Source: a virus
Taxonomy: Duplodnaviria; Caudoviricetes
Strand: one strand, 5' to 3'
DNA length: 64,000 nucleotides
IMG/VR virus record: IMGVR_UViG_3300036833_000303
Coordinates: 6,208 to 70,207 of that record
Shown one piece after another: positions 34,903-45,293 of this stretch. The position numbers were made by a program, and so were the translations under genes. The notes under the pieces are model-generated. The model had not been told where the DNA came from and did no database searches. It saw only the letters and a program-made list of their open reading frames with translations. Numbering within the stretch: position 1 is the first letter of the stretch; each line of letters begins with the position of its first letter.

Positions 34903-35084
34903 ACGACGAGGGCGAGGAATGGCTGCTGAGGCCGGTCGCGGAGGGCATGTGCCGCTATGAGTCGCTCAAGGACGGCACACTGGGCCTCAACGACATCGCG
35001 CGCATGAACGACTACCTCGACGTGCGCGCTGAGAACCGCGCCCGCATCGAGGACGCCGTCGCAGCGGAGCACCGCCGTGGCTGA
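34899..35084 (+). CDS. Tail assembly chaperone C-terminal frameshift partner
   Basis: EEWLLRPVAEGMCRYESLKDGTLGLNDIARMNDYLD. Confidence 0.78.
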   Translation: MNDEGEEWLLRPVAEGMCRYESLKDGTLGLNDIARMNDYLDVRAENRARIEDAVAAEHRRG

Positions 35085-37608
35085 TACTGTTCTCCAGAGC
35101 TTTCTAGTCAAGCTCGGATTCACTGTCGACCCAGGGGGGCAGAAGCGCTTTCAAGACACGATGACCGGTGCTGCGCGCCAGGTCAACGAGCTACGCCTCG
35201 GGTTGGTGGCGCTCGCGATCGGTGTCGAGGAGGTGGTGCGGCGCACGACCCGGTCGTTCGACCAGCTCTATGCCAGCAGCCGCGACATTGGCGTCAGTGC
35301 GCGCGGCCTCAAGGAGACTGCATCCGGATTTGACGCCGTGGGCTTGGCGGCCGACTCGGCGAGAACCACGCTCAATCAGATCCGCCAAGGCCTGACCGGC
35401 GAGACCAAGCCGGTTTTCGACAATATCGCCGCATCGCTCAAGGTCACTTACACCGACGCCAAGACATTTTTCGAAAACACCGCTGAGGCTCTTGGAAAAG
35501 AGATCCGTCTGCACGGCGAAGGAGCCGGCACTCTCGCCTTCAGCATAAAGCAAATGGCCGCCCAGGCGGGCATCAATTACGAGGCTTTGCGCACCGTCGG
35601 GCTCGGTTGGGAGTTTTATCGCGATCGCGTCAAATATGTCGACGATCTTTTTACTAAGCTCTTCAAAAACGACAAGGGGATAAAAGACGCCACCGAAGCC
35701 GCAGCCAAGATGCACAACGAGTTTGGCAAGGTCGGCGACGCCATTGAACTGGGTTTGGCGCGGATCGTCACCGATCCCGCGGTCAGCAAGGCAATCGACG
35801 ACATCGCCGCCGGGCTCGCCAAGTGGCTGGTCAGCGATGCCACGGTCGATAACATCAAGAGCATACTCGACAGCATCGAAAAAGGTTTGAAAGATCCCGA
35901 GACCATCAAGGAAATCAGCAAAGCGCTGCACGATCTCGGTGACGTCGTCCTTGCGGTTGGCCAGGCGGTCAAATGGTTGATCGAGACCATTGGCGTCAAG
36001 GGATTGGCCGAGATCTTCGGCGGGTATCTCGCCATCACGTTCCTCGGCCGCCTCGCCGCCGCGTTTGGCGCAGTCAGCGCTGCTGTCGGAGTGCTGATCG
36101 CCAGGTTGCCGGTGCTGATCGGGCTTTATGCCGCTTTCAAAGGGTCGCAGCTGACGCCCCAAGAACTGACTCCGGGCGCACCGGAACAGCAAAAACGCGC
36201 CGAGGATATTGAGAAAAGCTTTGAAGGAACCAGCATTGGCGGGTTCTTCAAATGGCTACACGATTTCGACCCGTTCAAGGGCAAGGGCGTCTTTGGTGCC
36301 CCGCATGGCCAGCACGGCGGCATCGTGCCGATCAACGCTCATGCCGGTGAGATGCTGTTGCCGCGGCAGATCAGCGAGGGGCTGCAGCAGCTCTTCATGC
36401 GCGGCCCGGCCTATGGCGGCGGGGCGGCCAACGACAACTACCTCGCCGACCAGCTCGACCGCTGGCTGCATGGCGACAGCGCGTTCCGGCCGATCGTCGA
36501 CCTGGCCAACCAAAGTTTTGAACGCCTGCGTCAGCTGTTTCTAGACTTTTTCAAGCCGATGGAACAGCAACCGGCGGCTCCCGGCGGCGCACCGGGCGGC
36601 CCTGCGGCTCCCGGCGGACCCGGCATTGTGGCAGGGGGCGGTGCGTTCACCGGCGACAAAGCCGAATTCATCAAAAAGGCCTGGCCGCTGGCGCAGCAAG
36701 TTGCCTTGCAGACCGGTATCGATCCCCATCTGGTTCTGGCCCAGGCGGCACTGGAAAGCGGCTGGGGCCAACGCGCGACGGGACAGAACTTTTTCGGGAT
36801 CAAGCCCGGCGGCACCCTTGCCAAATACGGGTCGATGGAGGAATCGTTTCAAGCCTACGCCGATCTGATGAAAACGCGCAACTATTCAGGCGTCCGTGCG
36901 GCGCAGGGCATCCCGGCGCAGATCAAGGCAATGATCGCGGCGGGCTACACGCCCGATGTCGGATATGCCGAACAGCTCCAGCAGATTTCCGGCCAGCTCG
37001 CCAATGTCGAGACGACGCCGGGTGCGGTCGGCGCCGACAATGCCCAATGGGCCAGCAGCCAAGCCAACTGGGCGCGCCGCACCGGAGCACTCGGCACACC
37101 GGAAGAGGCGGGCCGGAACTTGGTCTCGGTGAAGTCGAAAGATGGGCAGACCTGGCGCGTCAATAAAGCCGTTGCCGCCGGCTTTCAGGTGTTGATCGAC
37201 GAGTTTGACCGGCGCGGATTAAAGCCGATCTCGGGTGGCGGCTATGCTCCGCGCCCAATCCGCGGCAGCAGCGAATGGTCGGCGCATGCTTTCGGCTCGG
37301 CGATCGACATCGATCCGGAGGCCAATCCGCTGGGCGGCAAAGGCAAGATGCCCGACTGGGTCGGCCCGTTCGCCCGCAAGCTCGGGCTGGTGTGGGGCGG
37401 CTATTGGCAAGGCCGTCCGGACCCGATGCATTTCGAAGCGACCGCTGCAGCCATGCGCCGCGGCGGCACCTCGGCCTATGCCGACAACAGCACCACCACG
37501 ATCAACGTTCACGCCACTGACCCGCACGGCACGGCCCGCGCCGTCAGCGATCAGCATGACCGCCGCTCGGCCAGTCACATGCGCAATTTTCGGACCCATG
37601 TCGCATGA
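35077..37608 (+). CDS. Tape measure protein with glucosaminidase (FlgJ-like) and M15-type peptidase domains
   Basis: FLVKLGFTVD N-terminus; LAQAALESGWG...NFFGIK; SAHAFGSAIDI...DPMHFE. Confidence 0.85.
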   Translation: MADTVLQSFLVKLGFTVDPGGQKRFQDTMTGAARQVNELRLGLVALAIGVEEVVRRTTRSFDQLYASSRDIGVSARGLKETASGFDAVGLAADSARTTLNQIRQGLTGETKPVFDNIAASLKVTYTDAKTFFENTAEALGKEIRLHGEGAGTLAFSIKQMAAQAGINYEALRTVGLGWEFYRDRVKYVDDLFTKLFKNDKGIKDATEAAAKMHNEFGKVGDAIELGLARIVTDPAVSKAIDDIAAGLAKWLVSDATVDNIKSILDSIEKGLKDPETIKEISKALHDLGDVVLAVGQAVKWLIETIGVKGLAEIFGGYLAITFLGRLAAAFGAVSAAVGVLIARLPVLIGLYAAFKGSQLTPQELTPGAPEQQKRAEDIEKSFEGTSIGGFFKWLHDFDPFKGKGVFGAPHGQHGGIVPINAHAGEMLLPRQISEGLQQLFMRGPAYGGGAANDNYLADQLDRWLHGDSAFRPIVDLANQSFERLRQLFLDFFKPMEQQPAAPGGAPGGPAAPGGPGIVAGGGAFTGDKAEFIKKAWPLAQQVALQTGIDPHLVLAQAALESGWGQRATGQNFFGIKPGGTLAKYGSMEESFQAYADLMKTRNYSGVRAAQGIPAQIKAMIAAGYTPDVGYAEQLQQISGQLANVETTPGAVGADNAQWASSQANWARRTGALGTPEEAGRNLVSVKSKDGQTWRVNKAVAAGFQVLIDEFDRRGLKPISGGGYAPRPIRGSSEWSAHAFGSAIDIDPEANPLGGKGKMPDWVGPFARKLGLVWGGYWQGRPDPMHFEATAAAMRRGGTSAYADNSTTTINVHATDPHGTARAVSDQHDRRSASHMRNFRTHVA

Positions 37609-38957
37609 GCGACGAAAAACCGCAGAGTTTCCAGGTCTCCAACCTCGGCATCCCGACCAGCCGCCTCGAGGGATGGCGCAAGCTCGCCTATCAATTGCAA
37701 CCGAGCCAGGGGCCTGGTTCCGGACAGCTCGATCCAAACACCATCGTCAACGACGCCCAGTGGCTGCGCCGATTCAATCTCACGGTCTACAAAGCGGGAC
37801 CGGCCCCGCCCCCGGCGACGCCGAGCCCGACGACCAACCTGGCATCCCCCGCGCCGCAGCAGCGCAACGGCAGCGGCAACGGCGGATCGACGCTGGATAT
37901 CTCGCTCGACGTGGTCGCCACGCCGCTGCCGCCACCAACGCAACAGGGTGTCGACCTGTCGAATCTCCGCTGCGGCTTCAATATTCAGAAAACTACATCA
38001 TCCAGCCCGAACAAACTTTATGCCCGCATCTACAATATGGCGCCGGCAACGATGGGCAAGGTCATCGAGTTCAGCCGCATACAGATCCAGGCGGGCTATT
38101 GGTTTTCCAATTACGGGATAATTTTCGACGGGACGATTGTTCAGTTTTTGCGCGGCAAGGAGAACCCGGTCGACACCTATCTCGACATTCACGCGGGCGA
38201 CGGCGATCTCGCGATGACGGCCTCGACATTCACGGCAATCCCGGCGGGCTCCCCGGTGAGTGCCAAGTACGCCGCGGTGTACCGAAGCTACAAAGAGCAG
38301 CAGCCGGATCTTACGCAAGGCCAGCAGGATCATAACAAAATCAAGGATAAGACAATCCGCACGCAGGTGCTGGCCGGCAACACCACCGACTACGCCCGCG
38401 ACCTGTACATGCAATACAATCAGGACATCTATATCGACAACGGCCAATGGAACGTCATGGCGCGCTCCAGCTATAAGCCTGAGGAGGCCGTGATCCTGTC
38501 GCCCAAGACCGGGCTCGTCAGCCTGCCCGAAGTGACCATACAAGGCATCCAGGCGCGCTGCCTCTTGAACCCGAAATTAAAGCTCGGCGGGTTAGTCAAA
38601 ATCGACACCAACGTGCTTTCGGGGGTGCAGTATATTCCGGGCACCGCAGCGAAGACCGATGCCCAAGGCAATATCATCGGGCCGGGCGATCCGACCGGCG
38701 GCTTTCTCATACAAGGCGCCATCCCCAACGAACAATTCGAGACTGCGTGGACCGCGCCGACCGGCCTCTACAAAATTCTGTTTCTCAATTATGTCGGCGA
38801 TACGCGGGGCCAACCCTGGTACTGCGAGTTGACTTGCATCGCGGTCAACAGCAACGGCGTGGTGGACCCGAAATTGATCAATCCGCGCAGTGCCGTGGGT
38901 CGTGCCGCAGCAGAGGCCGGGTTCGGCGGCATCCAGCCACCCACTACATTCACCTAG
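37605..38957 (+). CDS. Baseplate hub protein
   Basis: WLRRFNL...ARIYNMAPAT...QAGY...IIFDGTI...SPKTGLVSLPE...RCLLNP...GDTRGQPWY. Confidence 0.8.
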   Translation: MSDEKPQSFQVSNLGIPTSRLEGWRKLAYQLQPSQGPGSGQLDPNTIVNDAQWLRRFNLTVYKAGPAPPPATPSPTTNLASPAPQQRNGSGNGGSTLDISLDVVATPLPPPTQQGVDLSNLRCGFNIQKTTSSSPNKLYARIYNMAPATMGKVIEFSRIQIQAGYWFSNYGIIFDGTIVQFLRGKENPVDTYLDIHAGDGDLAMTASTFTAIPAGSPVSAKYAAVYRSYKEQQPDLTQGQQDHNKIKDKTIRTQVLAGNTTDYARDLYMQYNQDIYIDNGQWNVMARSSYKPEEAVILSPKTGLVSLPEVTIQGIQARCLLNPKLKLGGLVKIDTNVLSGVQYIPGTAAKTDAQGNIIGPGDPTGGFLIQGAIPNEQFETAWTAPTGLYKILFLNYVGDTRGQPWYCELTCIAVNSNGVVDPKLINPRSAVGRAAAEAGFGGIQPPTTFT

Positions 38958-39869
38958 ATGGCTCGGGGGTATCTCCCCGCCTGGCCGCGCGCCGTTCTGC
39001 CGGTTCCCGGCGGGCGCCGTCAACTGCCAGCCGTAGCCCCCCGCGATGTCGTGTTCGCCGGCGGGGTCGCTCGATTTCAGCCGCTGCCGTTTGCGACCCA
39101 GTCGGGGCAAGCGCTGTTCATGCCCTCGCGGCGCTCGATCGGCGGCATCGTCGCGGAATGCACGATCGAGGAAACCGCCGAGGACGATCTGCAGATCACC
39201 GAGCACCCAGTCGAGCAGGGTGCGCCGATCGCCGACCACGCCTTCAAGCGGCCCAGCCAGGTCACGATCCGCGCCGGTTGGTCGCGCCAGCGTTCCTATG
39301 ACCTGTCGGCCGAAACCGGCGTCTACGGCCTGCTGCTGAGCTGGCAGGCGGCGCTGATGCCGTTCGACGTCTACACCGGCAAGCGCCACTACGTGAACAT
39401 GCTGATCGAGCGGCTGACGGTGAACACCGACCAGCACAGCGAATACGCGCTGATGGCGACATTGTCCTGCCGCCAGGTGATCATCGTCGGCACCCAGACA
39501 ACGGAGGTGACGGGCTCGTCCACCGACCCAAACGCCCACGCCGACGCATCCTCGACGGGGCCGCAGACCAATACCGGCGATAAAGTCTCGACGAATCTGG
39601 GCGCGCCGACCGCAGTGACTAGAAGCACCGGGTTTGCTGGCGTTCAGGGATTGCCAGGCGGCCCTTCCGGCCCCACTGTGTCGGCACCGGTAGTGGTGAC
39701 GAGCTATGGTGGTACGTCGGGCATCGAGGGGTTGCCCGGCTCGCCTTCCGGTATCGCCGCCGGGCATCAGCTCGACGCCAATGGCGCCTATCCGCCCGCC
39801 AACCCGCCGATTCAGACGCCGGACTCGCTCGACACCGGGCCCAATCCCTTCGCCGGCGCGACGACATGA
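38958..39869 (+). CDS. Baseplate/tube-initiator (Dit-like) protein
   Basis: ITEHPVEQGAPIADHAFKRP...TGKRHYVNMLI. Confidence 0.8.
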   Translation: MARGYLPAWPRAVLPVPGGRRQLPAVAPRDVVFAGGVARFQPLPFATQSGQALFMPSRRSIGGIVAECTIEETAEDDLQITEHPVEQGAPIADHAFKRPSQVTIRAGWSRQRSYDLSAETGVYGLLLSWQAALMPFDVYTGKRHYVNMLIERLTVNTDQHSEYALMATLSCRQVIIVGTQTTEVTGSSTDPNAHADASSTGPQTNTGDKVSTNLGAPTAVTRSTGFAGVQGLPGGPSGPTVSAPVVVTSYGGTSGIEGLPGSPSGIAAGHQLDANGAYPPANPPIQTPDSLDTGPNPFAGATT

Positions 39870-40210
39870 CCTCGATTCACGAGATCCCGCTGACGCCGCG
39901 GCCCCAGGTCATGCGCTGCGAGATCGGCGGGACGACCTACACGCTGCACTTCAAATACAACAAGGCGATGCAAGCCTGGATCATGGACATCCGCGACGAA
40001 AACGACTTCCCGATCGGCGGCACCGGCGGGCTCGACGGCATCCCGCTGGTGACCGGCACCGATCTGCTCGGGCAATTTCGTTACTTGGGTGTCGGGGGTG
40101 GCGTTCCAATGATCGTGATGACGATCGCCGTCGGGCACAGCCCGGACGAAGTGCCGAGCTTCACGAATTTAGGTGTTGATGCTCACCTCTACTTCGAAAC
40201 CCTCGTCTGA
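39866..40210 (+). CDS. Baseplate plug-like small protein
   Basis: EIPL...YN...WIMDI...IPLVTGTDLLGQFRYLG. Confidence 0.75.
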   Translation: MTSIHEIPLTPRPQVMRCEIGGTTYTLHFKYNKAMQAWIMDIRDENDFPIGGTGGLDGIPLVTGTDLLGQFRYLGVGGGVPMIVMTIAVGHSPDEVPSFTNLGVDAHLYFETLV

Positions 40211-40211
40211 C

Positions 40212-40314
40212 CCTGCTTCGCCCACACATCCTTCGTAGCTCCGCTACTTCGGAGCGCAGTAGGAGGCTACGCAGGACTGATCCTTCGAAGCTACCAAAGG
40301 GAGCGAAGTAGGAT
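40212..40314. repeat. Nested cluster of palindromic miniature repeats (intergenic)
   Basis: CCTGC..GCAGG enclosing TCCT..AGGA, followed by ATCCT..AGGAT, all with TWCGC/AGCTWCG cores. Confidence 0.75.
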
Positions 40315-42361
40315 GGCCAGCGGCATTTTCGACCCGACCGAGCGGTTTCTCGATTGGGACGAGGCGACCCGTCAAGACCAAGAGGCGCACCAGTCGCGCA
40401 TCTGGACCGCGATGCCAGTCATCATCGGCAAGCACATCCCCGACAAGATGACGGTCGAGGCACAACCCTCGGTGCAGCTCGCGAACCTGCAATCCGACGG
40501 AACGATCAAATGGCGCAGCATTCCCTCGGCCCCCGACATGCCGCTCCTATACCTCGGCGGCGGGGGCGCGGTGATGACGATCCCGGTCCAGCAGGGCGAC
40601 GAGGGGCTCGTCGTCTATTCCAGCCGCTCGATCGACAACTGGTGGCAGAGCGGCGGGGTCCAGCCGCAATTCGACAACCGCATGCACAGCCTCAGCGATG
40701 GCTTTGTCATTCCGGGGTTTCGTTCGCAGGCGCGCAAGCTACCGAATATCAGCACGACGACGTGGCAACTCCGCACCGAGGACGGGCGGTCGCATTTCGA
40801 TTTTAATCCGAAAAGCGGCAGCAACCAGCGCGGCGTCATCGGCGGCCAGTTCACTTTCACCGCGCCGGACAACCCGAGCCAGTTCCTCGGGATGGCGCTG
40901 AACAGCGTCCTCCAAAGCCAGCTGCACAACGCCAGCATCTCGATCCAGCACATCGCCCAGGCGGCCGGAATCGCCACGCCCGGCTCGCTCCTCGGCGGCA
41001 TCCTCAACAGCGCGGAGCAGGCGATCGGCGCGTGGCAGGCGATCACCAACGGGTCGTTTCAGGTCGCCATCAACAACATCATCCACCAAGTCACCGGCCT
41101 CAATTTTGCGGCCGTTCAAAGTCTCGCTGATGTCGCCAATGTGATTAATGCCGGACTGAGCGCCGTAGCGGGAGGATCTGCGCTCGCCTCGATGGCGTGG
41201 AACGCAGCGGGTCAATTCTTCAACTTGACCAATGCCATTTCCGGCATCAATTCGGCGATCGGTTTTCTTGGCGCAATGACTGGTATTGGCACCGATATTT
41301 CGGCGCTGTTAAAAATGACCGCGCCCCTCGCAAACATCGTGGCTGGAATCGGCCCGGCGCAAAATCTGATCCGTCTTCTGGCGCAGGGTCAGATCGCTTT
41401 TACGGCAGCGAACCAGATCCTACATACCACGCCGCTCGCGACGTTTAGCGCCAACCTCAAAGCCTTTGGCCGGGTCGACGCTTCAGGCGGGTTCTTTATC
41501 AACGGCGTTCCTATCGGTTTCGGCGGTGGCGGTGGTGGCGGTGGCGGTGGAGGTGGAGGAGGTGAGGGCGGCGGCATCACCAGCGTGACGCTGATCGGTG
41601 ACGTCACCGGCACCGGAACCGACACGGTGTCCACTGTCGTGGTCGGGCTGCAGGGTCACGCGATCGCGACGACCGCGCCCGGCAACGGCCAAGTGCTGAC
41701 GTGGTCGGGAACCGCGAATGCCTGGGGCCCGGCAACCGGAACACCGGGGCCAGCGGGGCCGCAGGGACCGATCGGCAACACCGGGGCGACCGGGCCGCAG
41801 GGACCGATCGGCAACACCGGGCCTGCCTCGACTGTTCCGGGCCCGCCAGGACCGATCGGGGCAACCGGGGCACAGGGGCCGATCGGACTGACCGGGGCCA
41901 CGGGGGCGCAGGGGCCGATCGGTCTGACCGGCAACACCGGCGCTACCGGGCCGGCAGGCGTGCAAGGCATCCAAGGCAACCCGGGCGCCACGGGAGCTAC
42001 CGGGGCGCAGGGGGCACAGGGCATTCAGGGCGTACCGGGGGCCACGGGCGCGACCGGGCCGGCTGGTCCACCCCTGACCGTCCCCGTCACCGTAACGACC
42101 GCTTCATATACCCTCGCGACCACCAACGTCGGACGGATCTATGTCTCCTTCAACGGCGCTGTGACCATCACGCTGGCCCCGGCGATGATGGTCAATGGGC
42201 AAGAGATCGTGATCATGGAGCGCGGCGGGTATGTCAACTCGGTGATTACGGTGCTGCCCGGGGGAGCGGCCACTATCGACAACCAACCTTCGGCGATTAT
42301 CAATACGGCTTACGGCAGGCTTCGATTGATCTTCGACGGCACGAACTATGGTGTGGCGTGA
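40313..42361 (+). CDS. Baseplate spike (Gp138-like) fused to collagen-like G-X-Y repeats
   Basis: IWTAMP...[25 protein letters not shown]...RMHSLSDG; more than 30 GXY triplets at about 41740-42075. Confidence 0.8.
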   Translation: MASGIFDPTERFLDWDEATRQDQEAHQSRIWTAMPVIIGKHIPDKMTVEAQPSVQLANLQSDGTIKWRSIPSAPDMPLLYLGGGGAVMTIPVQQGDEGLVVYSSRSIDNWWQSGGVQPQFDNRMHSLSDGFVIPGFRSQARKLPNISTTTWQLRTEDGRSHFDFNPKSGSNQRGVIGGQFTFTAPDNPSQFLGMALNSVLQSQLHNASISIQHIAQAAGIATPGSLLGGILNSAEQAIGAWQAITNGSFQVAINNIIHQVTGLNFAAVQSLADVANVINAGLSAVAGGSALASMAWNAAGQFFNLTNAISGINSAIGFLGAMTGIGTDISALLKMTAPLANIVAGIGPAQNLIRLLAQGQIAFTAANQILHTTPLATFSANLKAFGRVDASGGFFINGVPIGFGGGGGGGGGGGGGGEGGGITSVTLIGDVTGTGTDTVSTVVVGLQGHAIATTAPGNGQVLTWSGTANAWGPATGTPGPAGPQGPIGNTGATGPQGPIGNTGPASTVPGPPGPIGATGAQGPIGLTGATGAQGPIGLTGNTGATGPAGVQGIQGNPGATGATGAQGAQGIQGVPGATGATGPAGPPLTVPVTVTTASYTLATTNVGRIYVSFNGAVTITLAPAMMVNGQEIVIMERGGYVNSVITVLPGGAATIDNQPSAIINTAYGRLRLIFDGTNYGVA

Positions 42362-44499
42362 TGCCCCTGCTTCGCTCTTTGAGCTTCGCAGGGCTGGTTC
42401 TGGCACTCGTCCTGCGAAGCTTTAGCGTAGCAGGGCAGGTCCATCCTACGCCGCCAACCACCGATGTGCCGTGGACCAATCCTTTAACAGTCACTGGCGT
42501 GCGGTCTCCCGGCGCTGTAAACGTTCAGGCATGGGGTGCCAAAGGCGACGGTACCACCCCAGATGGAGCGGCGATCAACGCCGCGACCGCCTATGTCGGA
42601 AACCTCGGCGGCGGTACGGTCTATCTCCCTCCGACCGGGGCCGCCTACGTGATCGACCATGGCATAACCGTTCCGGCCGGTGTGCATCTCCAAGGCGCCG
42701 GGGGGCTCAATTGGACGAGCCCGATCGACAATACCGAGAGCCATTGGACCAACAAGTCGACGTGGCTGCATTGCACCGACACCGCCAACCCGTGCATCGA
42801 CATCACCGGCAGCTCGGTTACTGTCGAGGGTCTGAATTTCTGGTACACGCAGCCAACCCCGACTAGCGGGAATTGTGCCAGTCCTTGCACCTACGTGCCG
42901 TTTACGTTTAACACGTACCCGTGGACGATCAAGATCGAACCTACCGCGATGGTCGGAATCTGGATCAATAGTAATAGCATCGTCAACGCTAGCCATTGCG
43001 TCGATTGGGAGGGGCCGCAGAACGGTGTTTTCGGGATATATTCCGGTATGGATCAGGACAATTTTGGGTGTTTCGTCACCGGCATACGCTTTTATCGGAT
43101 TGACAACACGTTGAATTTGAGCCGGTTGCGCCATGAGATGTGGTGGTATCAGGGCACCGCTAATGTTTGGTACGCGATGCAGTCATCGGCAGTCGGTCAT
43201 GTCGACTGGGATATCCAATACCTCGCCAATCCACAGATCACCGATGTCGAGTTCGCCTTTACCGGAACAGCGATGAAATTTACCGATGCAGGCCCTGTCG
43301 GCGGCTTTAACGCTACCTTTGCCGTCAATCATATGCAGGCCAAGGGGGTGTCGTTCAATGAGGTCTGTCAGGCGATGGCGGTAGCGTCTCCCACGACCAC
43401 GGTCAGCGGGACGTTCACCGACACGCTACTGTTCTCCGACAGCACGACAAGCGGGGTCGCCGGCCAGTGCGCGCAGAAGACGCCTTATATGATCAACCTT
43501 GCCTCCGACAACGCGGTCGTCTTTTTCAACGGCCTCGTGGGCGGTTTGGTCCAGTCTATAGCCACGATTGGCGGCGGCAACAGCGGGCAATTGCATCTTA
43601 CCAATCTCCATGTTGACCAATATTCCTCCTTCGCTCCCGGTGCTGTGGGCGTCCAGACCCAGTCCGGATCGTTTGTCGAATTTATTGGGTCGCCACTCGT
43701 CTATCCGAATCCGACCACCGGTATGACGGCAGGAGCACTGTGCTCGGGCACCGGTGGCTGCACCCATGCCAATAGCATGATCAGCGGCCTGGAGCTGGCC
43801 GCGATTCCCGGTTCAGTCAGCCAGTTGACTTTCACCAATATGAAGTCACCGCAATCCCCAGGGTACTATCTCGGCACCCCGGTGTGGGACTTGCGCAATG
43901 ATACCAGCGGGACTTTCTACCTCGATCGGTCTAGCGTCACCAGCGGGTTTATCGACACGCCGATTTCCATCACTCCGACCGGAACCGCCAGCGGCCAGAG
44001 CCAAGTCGGGATCAACGGCCAGGCGGTGTTCAGTAAGGGCGTGAACGGCACTCTGGAGGTCGGCGCTGCCGCCGGGGCGGCTAGCCAGGTGATGTTCTCA
44101 AAAATCACCACCCCTCTAACTGCGGGGTCGGTTATGGGTACCCTGACGTGGGGCTGGGTCACTGGTGTCGACGGAAATATTTATCTCGATCGGTACAATC
44201 CCAGCAGTGGGGCGTACATCGACCCGCCGCTATATGTCATTCCGCTCAGTACCGGGGTCAACCAGACGCAAGTACAGATTACCGGCGAGGCGGTGATCCA
44301 CGGCGGTAGCTATATGGTCCCGATCCTGATATCGGCGCTGCCGGCGTGCAGCGGCTCGAACGCCGGGCTGCTTCAGGTGGTGTCGAATGGCGCGGCGGCC
44401 CCGGCGCCTCCAGCATCACTCTACGGCACCACGGTGGGCACGACTGGAAACCTCGCGGCGCTCGTCATGTGCAACAATACGAATTGGATCTATCAATGA
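42361..44499 (+). CDS. Pectate_lyase_3-type beta-helix tailspike/depolymerase with signal-like N-terminus
   Basis: VNVQAWGAKGDGTTPDGAAINAA...GGTVYLPP motif. Confidence 0.75.
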   Translation: MPLLRSLSFAGLVLALVLRSFSVAGQVHPTPPTTDVPWTNPLTVTGVRSPGAVNVQAWGAKGDGTTPDGAAINAATAYVGNLGGGTVYLPPTGAAYVIDHGITVPAGVHLQGAGGLNWTSPIDNTESHWTNKSTWLHCTDTANPCIDITGSSVTVEGLNFWYTQPTPTSGNCASPCTYVPFTFNTYPWTIKIEPTAMVGIWINSNSIVNASHCVDWEGPQNGVFGIYSGMDQDNFGCFVTGIRFYRIDNTLNLSRLRHEMWWYQGTANVWYAMQSSAVGHVDWDIQYLANPQITDVEFAFTGTAMKFTDAGPVGGFNATFAVNHMQAKGVSFNEVCQAMAVASPTTTVSGTFTDTLLFSDSTTSGVAGQCAQKTPYMINLASDNAVVFFNGLVGGLVQSIATIGGGNSGQLHLTNLHVDQYSSFAPGAVGVQTQSGSFVEFIGSPLVYPNPTTGMTAGALCSGTGGCTHANSMISGLELAAIPGSVSQLTFTNMKSPQSPGYYLGTPVWDLRNDTSGTFYLDRSSVTSGFIDTPISITPTGTASGQSQVGINGQAVFSKGVNGTLEVGAAAGAASQVMFSKITTPLTAGSVMGTLTWGWVTGVDGNIYLDRYNPSSGAYIDPPLYVIPLSTGVNQTQVQITGEAVIHGGSYMVPILISALPACSGSNAGLLQVVSNGAAAPAPPASLYGTTVGTTGNLAALVMCNNTNWIYQ
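42363..42434. repeat. Inverted doublet of palindromic miniature repeats (REPIN-like)
   Basis: Copies 42363-42394 and 42411-42434 are in opposite orientation. Confidence 0.75.
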
Positions 44500-44729
44500 C
44501 ACCAATTCCCGCCAACCTACAGCTTGCCGTCACGCTCGAGGCGCAAGCGTGGAATACCATTTTGGAGGGGCTGGGCGAGCTGAAATACAAAATTGCCGCG
44601 CCGCTCGTCGCCGCGCTCACCGAGCAGCTAACGCGGGGAGCCCAGACGCAGGCCGCCGTCACACAGCCCGCCGAAGCCTCGGCGACGGCGGGCAACGGGG
44701 TCGACAGCCACCCATGGTCGGGCTGCTGA
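44496..44729 (+). CDS. Small tail-associated protein
   Basis: ATGA-coupled; WNTILEGLGELKYKIAAPLV. Confidence 0.55.
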   Translation: MTPIPANLQLAVTLEAQAWNTILEGLGELKYKIAAPLVAALTEQLTRGAQTQAAVTQPAEASATAGNGVDSHPWSGC

Positions 44730-44730
44730 C

Positions 44731-45180
44731 ATGCGTTTGCGAATCCAAGACGCTAATGGTGATTTTCAGTTCGGCCACAATGGCGGAGACATCTGGTACA
44801 ACACGCCCGAGATGGTCGGCCAGCTGGTGATGACCCGGCTGCTGCTCTACGCCGGGGAATGGTTCCTGGACACTCGTGAGGGCACACCGTGGGGCGGGTT
44901 TCCGCTCAATCCCCAGGTCGTCGCACAGGGCCAGATCCTCGCCGAGCATACCGCGCTGTCGCGTGACATGGCCTTGCGCACACGGGTTCTGGCGACCCCG
45001 GGCGTGCAGTCGATCGTCAGTTACGCCAGCCAGACCGACCCGAATACCCGCACCTTCTCGGTCCAGATGGTCATCGAGACGCTCTACGGGAGGCTGGCAA
45101 TGAGCATTCAGCCGTCCGCGTCTTACGCCAGCCACTGGATCATCGACTATTCGGCGCTGACCGGAGCCGACCCGCTGTGA
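44731..45180 (+). CDS. Baseplate wedge/sheath-initiator (gp25/gp46-like)
   Basis: MRLRIQDANGDFQFG...TRLLLYAGEWFLDTREGTPW. Confidence 0.8.
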   Translation: MRLRIQDANGDFQFGHNGGDIWYNTPEMVGQLVMTRLLLYAGEWFLDTREGTPWGGFPLNPQVVAQGQILAEHTALSRDMALRTRVLATPGVQSIVSYASQTDPNTRTFSVQMVIETLYGRLAMSIQPSASYASHWIIDYSALTGADPL

Positions 45181-45293
45181 ATCTGATCCTGCTCGCCGAG
45201 TTTCGTAACATGATCGGCTATCCGCCGCGCGAGACCTTGTCGTTATTTCTTGCCATGCCGGTCGGCGAAGAAGCCAGCGAGGGTTCTCCATGA
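45177..45293 (+). CDS. Micro-ORF (38 aa)
   Basis: Coupled by GTGA and ATGA overlaps on both sides. Confidence 0.35.
   Translation: MNLILLAEFRNMIGYPPRETLSLFLAMPVGEEASEGSP

Noticed and set aside
41701-42360. 932-aa ORF starting at 41701
   Set aside because: The upstream part is the off-frame shadow of the collagen repeats. The plausible start is ATG 42361, overlapping the spike stop.
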